DNA from: Promethearchaeota archaeon | GTDB taxonomy: Archaea; Asgardarchaeota; Lokiarchaeia; Sigyniarchaeales; SOKP01 | Assembly (NCBI GenBank): GCA_019058015.1 | Contig: JAHLWH010000209.1 | Coordinates: 1 to 23,825, forward strand | Length of the DNA stretch: 23,825 bases | Reading direction: 5' to 3' | Shown here: piece by piece, positions 9,156 to 19,884 of the stretch | Numbering within the stretch: the stretch's first letter is position 1 | Layout of the letters: each line of letters opens with the position of its first letter | The notes under the pieces: generated by a model | The model's input: the letters and a program-made list of their open reading frames with translations, nothing else | What the model was told of the DNA's origin: nothing | Database searches by the model: none | Program-made: the position numbers and the translations under genes

Positions 9156-9385
9156 TTCCTATTGCGGGGAATAATTGTAATAATTGAATTATAAAATTAA
9201 ATTCAAATTATTTATGAAATATATAGATTTTTGGAATATTAAATTTAATGTAAATTTATTGGTTAATTCATTAAAAAGATTATATAGCAAGATTGAAAGC
9301 AAAAAATTTTAAGATACTTATGAAATTAAAGAAAAAAAAAAGGAGAAATTTTAATATATTTATTTGTAAGAATTTTTTATTGAAA

Positions 9386-9916
9386 TTATTGGTTGATATG
9401 AAATTTTTTCAGTAAATATTCATTTCTATCAACTTCTTCACTGAATTCTTCAATTTTTTTGATTTCCCAAGCAATTTTATTAATTTTTTCTTGATTTCCT
9501 AATTCCTGATATATATCTAATGCTCGTCGATAATAGTCAATAGCGAATGCATATTTACCTAATATTTCGAAATCACTGGCAATATATACCATACTCTCCG
9601 CTTCACCTAGTTCATCTCCAAGTTCTTTATGAATCTTCATTGCCTGTTGAAAGGATTGCAATCCTTTGGCAAAATCTTTCCTAATTGCATGGATTTGTCC
9701 TAAATTTTTTAATACCTCAGCTTCAAGATTTTTATCTGCTTCCTTTCGTGAATAATCCAACATCTCCGTTAATAAAGTAAGTAATTTATTGCTATCTCTC
9801 TTAGAGTGGACAAATACCAATGCCATTTTAAAGTATTCAAGAGATTTTGCAATATCCTTTTTGTGAAAAAATTCTAAGCTCTTTTCGTATAGACTTGGTA
9901 AATTTGCTGTGGTCAT
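9386..9916 (-). CDS. Tetratricopeptide repeat protein
   Basis: TPR-like helical repeats (EAEVLKNLGQIH...GLQSFQQAMKIHKELGD; AIDYYRRALDIYQELGN). Confidence 0.88.
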   Translation of the reverse strand: MTTANLPSLYEKSLEFFHKKDIAKSLEYFKMALVFVHSKRDSNKLLTLLTEMLDYSRKEADKNLEAEVLKNLGQIHAIRKDFAKGLQSFQQAMKIHKELGDELGEAESMVYIASDFEILGKYAFAIDYYRRALDIYQELGNQEKINKIAWEIKKIEEFSEEVDRNEYLLKKFHINQ

Positions 9917-10233
9917 TAAATTTCAACCATCTTATGCAAAAAAGTTATGTTTTTATTTGATTTCTTAGATCATTTTTTGATACATAACAAAATGAGTATC
10001 TATACAAATTATAAATAAATTGATATATATATTTATTGCTATTTATCTAGATGACTATTTATACAAAGTTTTTTGTTTATAGACAATAATTGGGTAACTA
10101 TTATATTTAAGATATTAGCCTAAATACTCAATTGAATCGATAATAGGAAATATAAACATAGCTTAAGATAAAATCAGGGCATTTAATGGGTTTCTAATAA
10201 AAAAAATAAAAAGGAAATAACTTTATATGAGAA

Positions 10234-11247
10234 TTATTTAAATTTTGAGCTCGATTTTCTGTATCCTAAATCCATTAACATACCAAAAACAAGAGCTACA
10301 AGCATGTTAGAGAATACTGGATGCGTAATATCAAATGTTTCAGATCTCATTTTGAAATAAGGACCAATCTTATCTACAATATAACGGGTCTCCGGTCTTT
10401 CATTATAAAATTTGATAATTAAAGACCTATATTCTCTTATAAACGATTGATCTTCTAAAAGTATCTCTTCAACATTTTCTTTTTTATTTAAAAATCCAAA
10501 ATGAGAGAACCCACATGAGCTTGCTCCTAAGGAGATTATATTTGCTAATGATTCCATATAATCTTGATAATTATATAGGGGAGGCATTGATGTTGGAAGT
10601 GTTACCAATTTAGAAGAATGATATAAAGTTCCTCCTGCTTCTCCTAAAAAAATAAAATCAACCGCACCATCCTTTATGATTGCAGGACATATATGATCGG
10701 GAGTATGACCCGGAGAATTAAACAAACCTAATTCATACGTATGCCCATTAAAATCGGTTAGATGGATTAAAGCCTTACTCTTATTAAAATTAGCAAAATC
10801 CATAATTGGAGATACAATCTTAAATGCCTCATCGGGAATAGGATTCATTTCACCTACAAGATCACCAAAGGTGCTTCTTCCACGTGCCATATGCCAATCT
10901 GAATCATTTAAATAACCTTTTGTTTTTTCATTTGCCAAAATTTTCACATCAGGGTTTTCTTTAAGAATTGTTTTATAGATTTTCCAAAACCCTCCGGCAT
11001 GGTCAAAATGATAATGCGTAGGAACTAAGTATTTAAAACTTGAAAGTGGGATATTATTTCGTTTAAGATATCTTAAAACTTTCTTAACTTCATCACTTGT
11101 TCCTACATCAAGAAGTATGCTGATATTATTAAGATTAAAAATGAAAATACTTAACGTTCGTCTTGCACCATATTGACGCATATCAACATGATGTAAATAT
11201 TCATTAACTTTCTTTGATTCAAGAATTAAATCTTCCCTCTGAAACAT
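10234..11247 (-). CDS. MBL-fold metallo-hydrolase
   Basis: LLDVG, THYHFDHAGG (HxHxDH), PGHTPDH, FSHFG. Confidence 0.92.
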   Translation of the reverse strand: MFQREDLILESKKVNEYLHHVDMRQYGARRTLSIFIFNLNNISILLDVGTSDEVKKVLRYLKRNNIPLSSFKYLVPTHYHFDHAGGFWKIYKTILKENPDVKILANEKTKGYLNDSDWHMARGRSTFGDLVGEMNPIPDEAFKIVSPIMDFANFNKSKALIHLTDFNGHTYELGLFNSPGHTPDHICPAIIKDGAVDFIFLGEAGGTLYHSSKLVTLPTSMPPLYNYQDYMESLANIISLGASSCGFSHFGFLNKKENVEEILLEDQSFIREYRSLIIKFYNERPETRYIVDKIGPYFKMRSETFDITHPVFSNMLVALVFGMLMDLGYRKSSSKFK

Positions 11248-11321
11248 AATTAAAATACATAAACATTGAATTTTAACGTTATTTTTTTAAAGACATCTTT
11301 AGGTTGATTAAACCTAATTTT

Positions 11322-13041
11322 CTAATAATAAAAAAAGGAGTTTATAAACTCAATTCTTCTATTGATTTTTATCCCTTTCAATCCCTTCTTACATATATAA
11401 TATATAATCAAAATAACTCCTAGTAATGAACCAATTAATAGAGTTGTGATTTGAAAGCCAGGAATTTGTAGTCCATTTTGAATATTAATCCCTATTGAGG
11501 TTTGTTTAACATTATTTGCTTTGTCTATAGCAATGGCTGTAATATTATGTAGTCCATTTATATAATTTGATGTATTTAAATTATAAATTACTTCAGGATA
11601 TGGAAGATAGGGAGGCATGGCTTCTTCTTTTAGTAATGCACCATCACAAAAAATTTGGATTTTATCTAAGGCTTGTTCATCATTTCCCTCAGCGGTAATA
11701 TTAATAACATCGCTTACAGTCGCGTTCGCACTTGGATTTAATATAGATATTGTTGGAGGAGTATTATCAGGAGGAGCTTGTCCATCTTCATTTAAGGTAA
11801 TGTAAGTTGATTGAATATCTGCTACTGTTCTGTCCTGACTCCTTGCATAAAAATTAGCTTTATAATCTCCCGTAGTATTCCAGAAATCAGGATCCAATCC
11901 TACTTCAATATAATTTGTATAATTTCTATCACCATCATAATCGTGTAATTCAATTAATAGAACGCCTGTGTCTTCAATGAGATTTGAACCTTCATCATCA
12001 GATATCATTTCTGAAGGTGTCCAATTTGGTGGAATTATTATTGTATATACTTTTTCAATTAAAGAATCATTATCTACAACTGCCCATATAGGTTTGATAG
12101 ATATACCTAATTTCATGTACATTCTATTTGGAAAAAAGTTTACAGTGGTTTCTGGACAATTTGACCCCATTCCTATCCATACATTTAATGCATCTGATCC
12201 ATCTCCACCATTCGGTAAGCCAAATAATGGACCCCCAACATGACCAACTTCATCGTGATTATCATCTATCAATGGAAACTGGTTATTAAAAAAACAATGA
12301 ACATGTGTCGTAGCGTCTTCAAAACACTCTCCAATTGTTTTACATTCTATTACTGACGACCTAAATTTTTCAGAGAAGATAGACCATTCAATATCCGGAG
12401 AAGTTATTCTATTAGTATGTGCGCCATGTTCAATATCTGTAGAAGTTACAATAATACGATTACTCTTACTAAGCGGATTAATAAATGAGCCAGAATGACA
12501 TGCATCATAGATTACTATAATACGATTACAACAGTGCTAGCCTCCAAGTTGTCTAAATAGGTATTTAAATTTGAATCAGTAAGATCAGTGCCTGGAATAC
12601 ACATGACACTACAACCTCCGTGGTCAAACAGATATATCCCGAGACCATGAGTAGCATCTACTCCCCTAGTTGGTGCCCACTCCTCAATTGCCCATTGAAT
12701 ATTTGAGAGAATTGAAAAATACTTTTGATTAGGCGGAGTTGGCGGCTCAATAGGACCTTAATAACAAATATCATTGGGGTCAAATACCGATCTTTCAAAA
12801 TCTCATATACTTGATTACATCCATTTTTTATTAAATTAAGATTACTATGATCATCTCTATCACCACCTATGATTATCCATGCAGCTAAATTCGCAGGACC
12901 TAAATTTGGCGATGGTTCAACCTTGGTAATATTTGTGGGTTCCATTTTTTTTATATATATGTTAATTTGAATATTTCCAAGGCATATTGAAGAAAAAGTT
13001 AGTAGCAATAAAAAAATTGTTTTATGATTTAATTTTTTCAT
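11322..13041 (-). pseudogene. Disrupted secreted clan CD / C13 (legumain-like) peptidase + Ig-like domain + Loki-CTERM-type membrane anchor
   Basis: Joins track ORFs 12658..13041 (signal peptide, AAWIIIGG) and 11322..12272 through a frameshift at ~12785, an in-frame TAA at 12758..12760 and a frameshift at ~12531. The reconstructed middle contains IYLFDHGG (His 12620..12622) and VIYDACHSGSFI (Cys 12498..12500). The C-terminus has a DNTPPTISILNP Ig-like domain and IPGF + TM helix + KK. Confidence 0.85.
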
Positions 13042-13231
13042 ATTTGTTAAAACACCTTTTCTTACCCGGTATTTAGTTACAAAATTATAATTTTGTATAT
13101 AAATATTAAAGTTTTAATTTATAAAATGAAAGTGTTAAAATTATTTAATCTTAATATCCAGAAAAAGAATTAGGATAAATTAATTAATAATAATTAATAT
13201 AAAAAAAGATAAGCAGAAAACGATATAAATC

Positions 13232-14284
13232 TCACTGGTTTTTCTCTTTTACTTCTTTAATTACTTCATAAATTCTATGTAATAATTCGAACGCAACTGA
13301 GGGTTCATCCCATCCATAAAGTCCACAATCTGGACCAATATATTTTAATCGATCCCCATAATGAGCCATTGCGTTTAATAACATATTTCGTATCCTATCT
13401 TTTGGATCTATAAGAGACATAATACCCTCGGGCGTGTTAAGTTTTTCCATAGGAATACCGGAATCCAGTGCTTCAGCGAATATATTATTGAAATTTGTTC
13501 GACATATTCCAACTCGAATAAATTTATCATAATCTTCTAAATCTTTCTTGGGGATCACATTTCTCTGATCTGAAGCATATTCACATGTTAAAACATTAAT
13601 TTTTTTTGTGTTAAGAGGAATTCGATACGCACTTAAAGTATGCAGATGAATTAAATTATCAACATCAATTCCATCCAATGATTTGTCAAAAATTTCAATT
13701 AATTCATCCTCATTTGTATTTACTAAATATGTATATCCAAAAGAGGGCTCGTCAATGGATACTGTTTCAGTTTTAAAATATTTATTATCTATCATGGAAT
13801 TTTCAAGAAAACGATTAACTGAAGTTGCATATTTTAATGCAATATCTTTATAAATAGTAAAGCCTCGTTCCCGAATATATAATTCAATAGGTCCGGTTAC
13901 GCAGACCTTTAATCGTATTGGTTTATTTGTTTGTTCGAAAATTTCCTTAGCGAAATGATTAATTATTTCAACTTCAGGAATTATTGCTTTATCACTACTT
14001 ATTAGGAAGGAGTCTTCCTGATAATCATTTAATGGCTTTAAAAATTGAGTGTACATATCAATATGTTGGGGGTAATTAATGATTTCAACCCCAGCTTCCA
14101 TTTTTAATTTAAAGGAATTTATAATGGGATTAATAATGAAATTAGTTAAACCTGCATGCCCAAATATATCGTACTTTTTAGTTAAAGCATCATAGGCTTT
14201 CCAATAAAATTGAGTGAATTTCTCTTTATCGAGATTCTTTGGTAAAGGGAAACTTCCCACGTCATCATATTGAAATGTATTCAT
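13232..14284 (-). CDS. Core (single-barrel) cobalamin-independent methionine synthase family protein
   Basis: DDVGSFP, VTGP, SIDEPS, IHLH, CEYA, GPDCGL; 350 aa, equivalent to the MetE C-terminal barrel only. Confidence 0.8.
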   Translation of the reverse strand: MNTFQYDDVGSFPLPKNLDKEKFTQFYWKAYDALTKKYDIFGHAGLTNFIINPIINSFKLKMEAGVEIINYPQHIDMYTQFLKPLNDYQEDSFLISSDKAIIPEVEIINHFAKEIFEQTNKPIRLKVCVTGPIELYIRERGFTIYKDIALKYATSVNRFLENSMIDNKYFKTETVSIDEPSFGYTYLVNTNEDELIEIFDKSLDGIDVDNLIHLHTLSAYRIPLNTKKINVLTCEYASDQRNVIPKKDLEDYDKFIRVGICRTNFNNIFAEALDSGIPMEKLNTPEGIMSLIDPKDRIRNMLLNAMAHYGDRLKYIGPDCGLYGWDEPSVAFELLHRIYEVIKEVKEKNQ

Positions 14285-14323
14285 TAAGAAAAATAAGAAG
14301 TAGTAATATAAAAAAAAATAGAT

Positions 14324-17020
14324 TTATCCATATAGATTTATTTTTTTAACAATAAATCTTATGGATCTACGAGCAAGATAATACATTAAAATACCGTATA
14401 GCCCAAAGTGATGTTTCAACGCCCCAAGAGTAGAATAGATATAGCTAGTTGCGCCAAAATAATCTTGAGTTAATGAATATTCACCTTTTAGAAGATCTGG
14501 TTTTATTATATCTCCGTTTAGATTCGGAGGACGACCAAATGATTTTACTTTATTCCAGCGTGTATCATTAAAATCGATTTGAGACCATGAATCATTACTA
14601 AATTCCTCTTTTTTATAGCAAACCCATGATTTATCAGAGTAAAATTCTTGTATAGAATTATTATCCAATAAAATTTGACCAAAAATATTAAAAGCTCCTC
14701 CAAAACCTTGATAATTTATACCCTTTATAGCTATTAAATTGTTCCCTTTTTTTAGTAAATTAGTAATATCAAATGTTTTAACTCGTCTTGCGATTGGGAC
14801 AATATGGAGCGAAAATCTACTTAAAACTTTCCCAATAAGAGTTCCATTTACATATATTTCAATATAATTGCCTGCGATTCCTTGAATAATTGCTTTCTTA
14901 ATATTTTGATCAATTTTTATAACCTTTCTAAAATACCTAGGCTTTGGTGGGTTTTCAAATTCTTTTACCCAAATCCACTTAGATTCTAAATATGGATCAA
15001 CAAATTGTATATTCTGATTGAGTTCTTCTATTTTTTTATTATAAGCATTAATGACAAAATCAAAAAGAATGAGAATTTGGTCGAGACAAGGTCGTTTTGC
15101 AGATCTAAGCCATAATTCTTCAAATCTATTTTTCAAATAAGTGAATTTATTTTTCACTTCTTCCAATTGTGGGATTATCTTCTCTCTTAATTCATCATTT
15201 AAGTCGTTTGATTTTAATAAATTAGTTATTGATATAGATGTTTTAATTTTTTCACTCAAAATATGAGCCAATTCAGCTCCAAACTTAATGTACTCAAAAT
15301 TTTCCTTGTTAAATTTAACAAAATTCTCAAGTTCTTCATAAATTCTTAGGGATTCTATTGCATTTTCTTCCATTAATTCATATTTATCAAAAGGTGATTT
15401 AATTTTCTCGGATGTAAATGGATGTTTGAAAAGATACGTAAAAAACAAAGGCGGTAAGAATATCGACATTTTTTTATATAATTTTGGCATTGAACTTAGA
15501 GTGTTAAATAGTTTGAAATATCTTTCTTGGTCTTTCTTTTCTATCCCATAAAATAAAAAACCATAATTTTTAACAATATCTTCATAATTATCAAACCTAG
15601 AATTCCATGAAACAGTGGCACCTAATATTCCACCAAAAAGTGTATTATCTCTAAAAGAATAATAATGGTGATCCCCCCAAATACTATTCAGCATACCAAT
15701 AACCCCGCGGTCTTTATTATTGATTCCTTGTTTCGTCAAATTGATTATATTTTTACTTGCATTTATATTATCCGGAAAATTTCTGCACCAATTCAACATT
15801 GAAGGACTTACGATTACCTTGAAACCTGCATCCAATAATTTATCCAAATCTTTATAATAATCCCTTGGAGTATATTCCCAATACATTAATATTATATTTT
15901 TATTGAGATTTTCTAAGATATTTTCATCAGTAATGGGAATGTCATGATACATCACAATTTTATCTTTCCCAGCCCCAGTTACCATCTCATAAATTTTATT
16001 ATAAAAATCTATAAGTACCTTCCCCTTTCCCTCCTTTTCTACTAAATCCCTTGACCTTATCGTTCCTAGATCAAAACTCTCATCACATCCGATGTGGAAC
16101 CATTTACTGGAGAATGCCTCACTTAATATGTCTATAAAGCTTTTTAGGAAGGGAAATATTTCTGGATTTGAAACATCAACACATCCACTTCCAGGAAATT
16201 CGGCTAAATTCCAATAATCCTCAATCATAAAGATATTATCTTGATGACCAATACAATTGTAAATAGGAAAGAAGTTTACAAATCTTTCTTTTGCGTATTT
16301 ATCAATCTCTCTGATTTCTTCGACTGTTAATGCACCTCTATTTTTTCCAATTTTTGGATGATCAGGATTAATAATCATATCCTGAAAATAACAAGGACAA
16401 AAAGTATTCAACTTATAATGGCTAAGTATTTTTATGAACCGTTTGGCTCCTATTAAACTAAAGACTTGTCCCCTGGCAATATCTTCAGTTATACCACGAA
16501 TTCTTAAATCAGGATAATCAATTATTTCAATTTCAGGAAGAATAATATGTTTTCGATTTTCTTTTTTTTTAGATAATTGTATTTTATTTTTCAAAAAACC
16601 ATTTTTAAAAATCTGAATTAATGTTTGAATGGCATAAAACAATCCTTGTTCAGTTTTGGAATAAATAATAACTGTCTTATTCGAAATAATTAAGCCATAC
16701 CCTTCATCATCGATAATTTTATCTCCATTAATGCGTTTAATATATTCAATATCTTTAAAATCTTCAATTATGCCAGAATTTTCATAATTCAACGCACAAA
16801 ATTGGTTTAGAGCCTCATTAACATCATCTACAAAAAATTGTGATCTTTCAGTACCATAATAAAAGAATTTTGACTCTCCTTTAAGCGAAAAGGAATAATT
16901 ACCGCCACCTATGGTTAATTTTTTCGGTGCTGGAATTAAAATTGGTTTCTCAGATGGGGTGTTTTTGGTCTTATCGAGATTTTTAATAATAAAAAATTTT
17001 AAATTCTTCAAGAAATTCAC
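14324..17020 (-). CDS. Glycoside hydrolase family 20 (beta-N-acetylhexosaminidase-like) with GH20b N-domain and C-terminal rhamnosidase-N/CBM-like beta-sandwich
   Basis: LIPAP, EGYGL, GLFYAIQTL, IIDYPDLRIRG..DIARG and catalytic HIGCDE; C-terminal SKWIW..PRYFRK..SDKSW. GTG start, no signal peptide. Confidence 0.92.
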   Translation of the reverse strand: MNFLKNLKFFIIKNLDKTKNTPSEKPILIPAPKKLTIGGGNYSFSLKGESKFFYYGTERSQFFVDDVNEALNQFCALNYENSGIIEDFKDIEYIKRINGDKIIDDEGYGLIISNKTVIIYSKTEQGLFYAIQTLIQIFKNGFLKNKIQLSKKKENRKHIILPEIEIIDYPDLRIRGITEDIARGQVFSLIGAKRFIKILSHYKLNTFCPCYFQDMIINPDHPKIGKNRGALTVEEIREIDKYAKERFVNFFPIYNCIGHQDNIFMIEDYWNLAEFPGSGCVDVSNPEIFPFLKSFIDILSEAFSSKWFHIGCDESFDLGTIRSRDLVEKEGKGKVLIDFYNKIYEMVTGAGKDKIVMYHDIPITDENILENLNKNIILMYWEYTPRDYYKDLDKLLDAGFKVIVSPSMLNWCRNFPDNINASKNIINLTKQGINNKDRGVIGMLNSIWGDHHYYSFRDNTLFGGILGATVSWNSRFDNYEDIVKNYGFLFYGIEKKDQERYFKLFNTLSSMPKLYKKMSIFLPPLFFTYLFKHPFTSEKIKSPFDKYELMEENAIESLRIYEELENFVKFNKENFEYIKFGAELAHILSEKIKTSISITNLLKSNDLNDELREKIIPQLEEVKNKFTYLKNRFEELWLRSAKRPCLDQILILFDFVINAYNKKIEELNQNIQFVDPYLESKWIWVKEFENPPKPRYFRKVIKIDQNIKKAIIQGIAGNYIEIYVNGTLIGKVLSRFSLHIVPIARRVKTFDITNLLKKGNNLIAIKGINYQGFGGAFNIFGQILLDNNSIQEFYSDKSWVCYKKEEFSNDSWSQIDFNDTRWNKVKSFGRPPNLNGDIIKPDLLKGEYSLTQDYFGATSYIYSTLGALKHHFGLYGILMYYLARRSIRFIVKKINLYG
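16460..17020 (-). repeat. Copy A of ~560-bp diverged direct repeat (5' end of the intact GH20 gene)
   Basis: Collinear with 19890..20449 at offset 3429-3430 with a single 1-nt indel; hand count 91/150 identical residues. Confidence 0.9.
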
Positions 17021-17814
17021 TTTAAAACTTAAATTTATTTATTCTTTTAATTTTTTAATATTTATAATTTAATAAACAAAATATCTTTATTTTACTTCAT
17101 AATTATAACAAACACATAATAAAAAAGTTATGTAAAGAAACATATCAAAAAGAAAAAGCAGAATTTTGAATAAATTTTTCAATATAAAGAATTCTTATTG
17201 TTTTTTATGAATAAATTATATTTTACTAATTTTTTTAATAAGATAAAGAATTATAGGAACGCTCAGAATTATAAAAAATGTGTAGAGAATGATTTGATAT
17301 CTAATATTTGGGAATTTTAATTTCTCTCTAAGCTTTATCTGTTTAAAATAAGCCAGATTTTTTATTCTCAAAATTTTTTTATTTTTATTTACTTACATAT
17401 TTTTGGGCTAAGGCTTCGAAAAGATTTCATAATAAAAATAAGATGTATTTTCGGAATCCAAGGAAAACTATTTCCTTTTCATATAATTTCAGCTTACATT
17501 ATCTAGTTGTTGTTTAATTTTTTAATATCCACCTTCGAAAGATTTTAACTCTTCATAAAATTCTATATTATTAGAATTTTTGTTCATAAGTTATAAAAAA
17601 TAAAAAGAAAATCAGCTATCATATATTTCGAGAGAGTTATTTCAAAAAAATCAAAAAATCAGGGATTTATTAATTATTAAAAATAGTTTTTTCGTTTAAA
17701 TATATTGAATTTAATAAATTTTCAATCAATTAAATAAATTTAAAAAATATAATAAGCAGATAAGAAAAGGAAATTCAAATAATAAATCAAAGTAGAGATC
17801 GAAAATTTGTTAAT

Positions 17815-19870
17815 ATGAAAAATAAAGAATTAAAAAATAGAGAATTAAAAAGGAAGAAAGTAGCAATCGAAGAAATTAATATTTTAAAAAATGAAGTATT
17901 AAGGGATAAGATCTACGAATTTAAGAAAAAATATAACAAAAAACCTAATCATGGAACCCACATATTAAATGATTTTCTTGAATTTTTACCAAATAATTTA
18001 AAGAATTCTTTAAAACATCAACAAGATTCTATCATTAAGAATCTTATAAAGTGCTATGCTACGAAATCCGATAATACATTACAAGATATTGCTGGTTCTA
18101 TAACAAATATTGGCTTTAAAATTAGTCAATCTACAATAAAAAGAACATACATCAACTATGTTTATTGTGGTGATATAAAAAAATACAATAAAAGATTTTT
18201 AATAAGAGAGAGAAATGATATCATTACAATAAATGAAAAAAAGGATTCAATATTGAATATTCCCTTAATATATATGCCTACAATTTGTAATCGTATATAT
18301 AAATTGTTAAATAAGGAAAAGTATAATTTTGATATATCAAACAAAATCTTAGAAGATATTAAAAAAGAAACTTCTTCTGATAATTGGTTAAAAAATTTTC
18401 CAAAAAAAAATTTTGATGAATTAATTAAAAAATCTAGAGATTTAAAGTATAGTAGAGCTTTATTGGGATATTTTAAAGATCTTGTAAAAACAATAGGGAA
18501 ATTGAAGGAAAGTAGTGAAAAATATAAAACTTTAAACGAAAAACTTAATATTCAAAATCTTATTAATGAATTGATTGAAGATAATATAAAAATAGCACCA
18601 AATAAATTCCGCTTAAAAAAATATTTGAAAATTATTATTAATTCTCTGAGAGATAATAAAAGTTTTAATTTGGAATATAGGAAAAAACAGCTATTATAAA
18701 ATGATGGCAAAATAAAAGAATGTAGTGCTTGTCATGAAAAAAAACCATACAAAGAATTTGGTACTATAAAAGGTCGTTTGCAATATCAATGCAAAAAATG
18801 CAGTTGAAAATTAAACAACATCAGAGTAGAAAAAAACAAATTATATATATTTATTAAAATTTTCAATGGAAGAACTAAAGGAAAATGTGAAAATCCTGAA
18901 TGTGATGTTGATACAATCTTTTTACCTGCAATTGACTGCCATCATCTAGATCCTACTAAAAAAAAGTTTTCACTTCATAGATTAAAATTTGGTAATTATA
19001 TAGAAGCTATTAATAAACTAGAGAAAGAAAATATATTATTTTTATGTGGAAATTGCCATTCAAGATATAGAAACAAGATTTTTAATGTTTATGAAGATTT
19101 AATTCTTCGGGATAATTTATTTCTATACAAATCTGAAGATATTAATAATTTATTGGATATAGAAATTCGAAATCGTGAAAAGGAACTTCCTAATGAAAAG
19201 ATTAGAAATATTAAGTTTCAGCTTAAGAAATGGATTAGGAAACGATATATTATCGAACAATTATTTAAAGGAAAATGCGTTGGATGCGGTAAAATTACTG
19301 TAAAAAATAATCTTGGTGCTCTTTGCATCCATCACAAAACGCTATCTGATAATAATATAAAATGGCCGAAAATCGCTCATTTAGATTGCGAAAATATTGC
19401 CAATATATTAATGAAAGAAGATTGTTCTTGTTTATGTATAAATTGCCATGCTTTGATACATTCGACTGGTTTTGTAGAAAATGCGAATGAAATTCTTGGA
19501 GATGAATATGGGCAAATGGTTAAACAAAATTTTGAAAATATAAAAAACAGAATTAATGAATTTAATATCTGTAAAAATAAAAGTATAATTTCACCATTAA
19601 AAGTAAAATTTTCTTTTGGGCAAATTTGGAAAAAATATCTTATTAATATCCATAAATTAATTCAGGAAAAGAATTTTAATGAATTTACTGCTGATTAGCT
19701 AATAAAGAATCTTAATATTTATAAGGGAACTTTTACTCGCCCTAAAAATACATTAATAAAAAAAGGTTTAATTAGAATCTCTAAAGAAGGGTATAAACAA
19801 TACAATTATTTATCAATTAACAACAAAAGGAAAGCAATTTATTGAATCTTATTTTAATGAATATACATAA
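17815..19870 (+). pseudogene. Decayed large endonuclease: HTH + CxxC zinc finger + two HNH domains + winged-helix-like end
   Basis: Track ORFs 17815..18699 and 19153..19698 share one frame, interrupted by TAA 18697..18699, TGA 18805..18807 and TAG 19696..19698. Read-through gives ECSACHEKK...QCKKC, GKCENPEC..IDCHHLDP..LCGNCH and GKCVGCG..CIHHK..LCINCHALIH. A probable frameshift near 19810 gives YQLTTKGKQFIESYFNEYT, ending at TAA 19868..19870. Confidence 0.8.
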
Positions 19871-19884
19871 TTTTCCTTCTGTCG

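Noticed and set aside
12658-13041. 127-aa ORF as an independent gene
   Set aside because: Its C-terminal third is out-of-frame read-through after the ~12785 frameshift; it is the 5' part of the C13 peptidase pseudogene.
17414-17545. Short imperfect repeat cttcgaaa(a)gattt at 17414 and 17533 as a CRISPR or iteron array
   Set aside because: Only two ~13-nt copies, 119 nt apart, in very AT-rich DNA. No array periodicity and no cas genes.
18697-19698. Stop-codon reassignment, or Sec/Pyl read-through, in the HNH gene
   Set aside because: Three different stop codons interrupt the frame, all three types end normal genes in this window, and there is also a likely frameshift. Decay is the simpler explanation.
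6842-19870. Methyltransferase + HNH nuclease as a restriction-modification pair
   Set aside because: They are more than 10 kb apart, separated by unrelated genes, and the HNH architecture looks like a selfish/homing nuclease.
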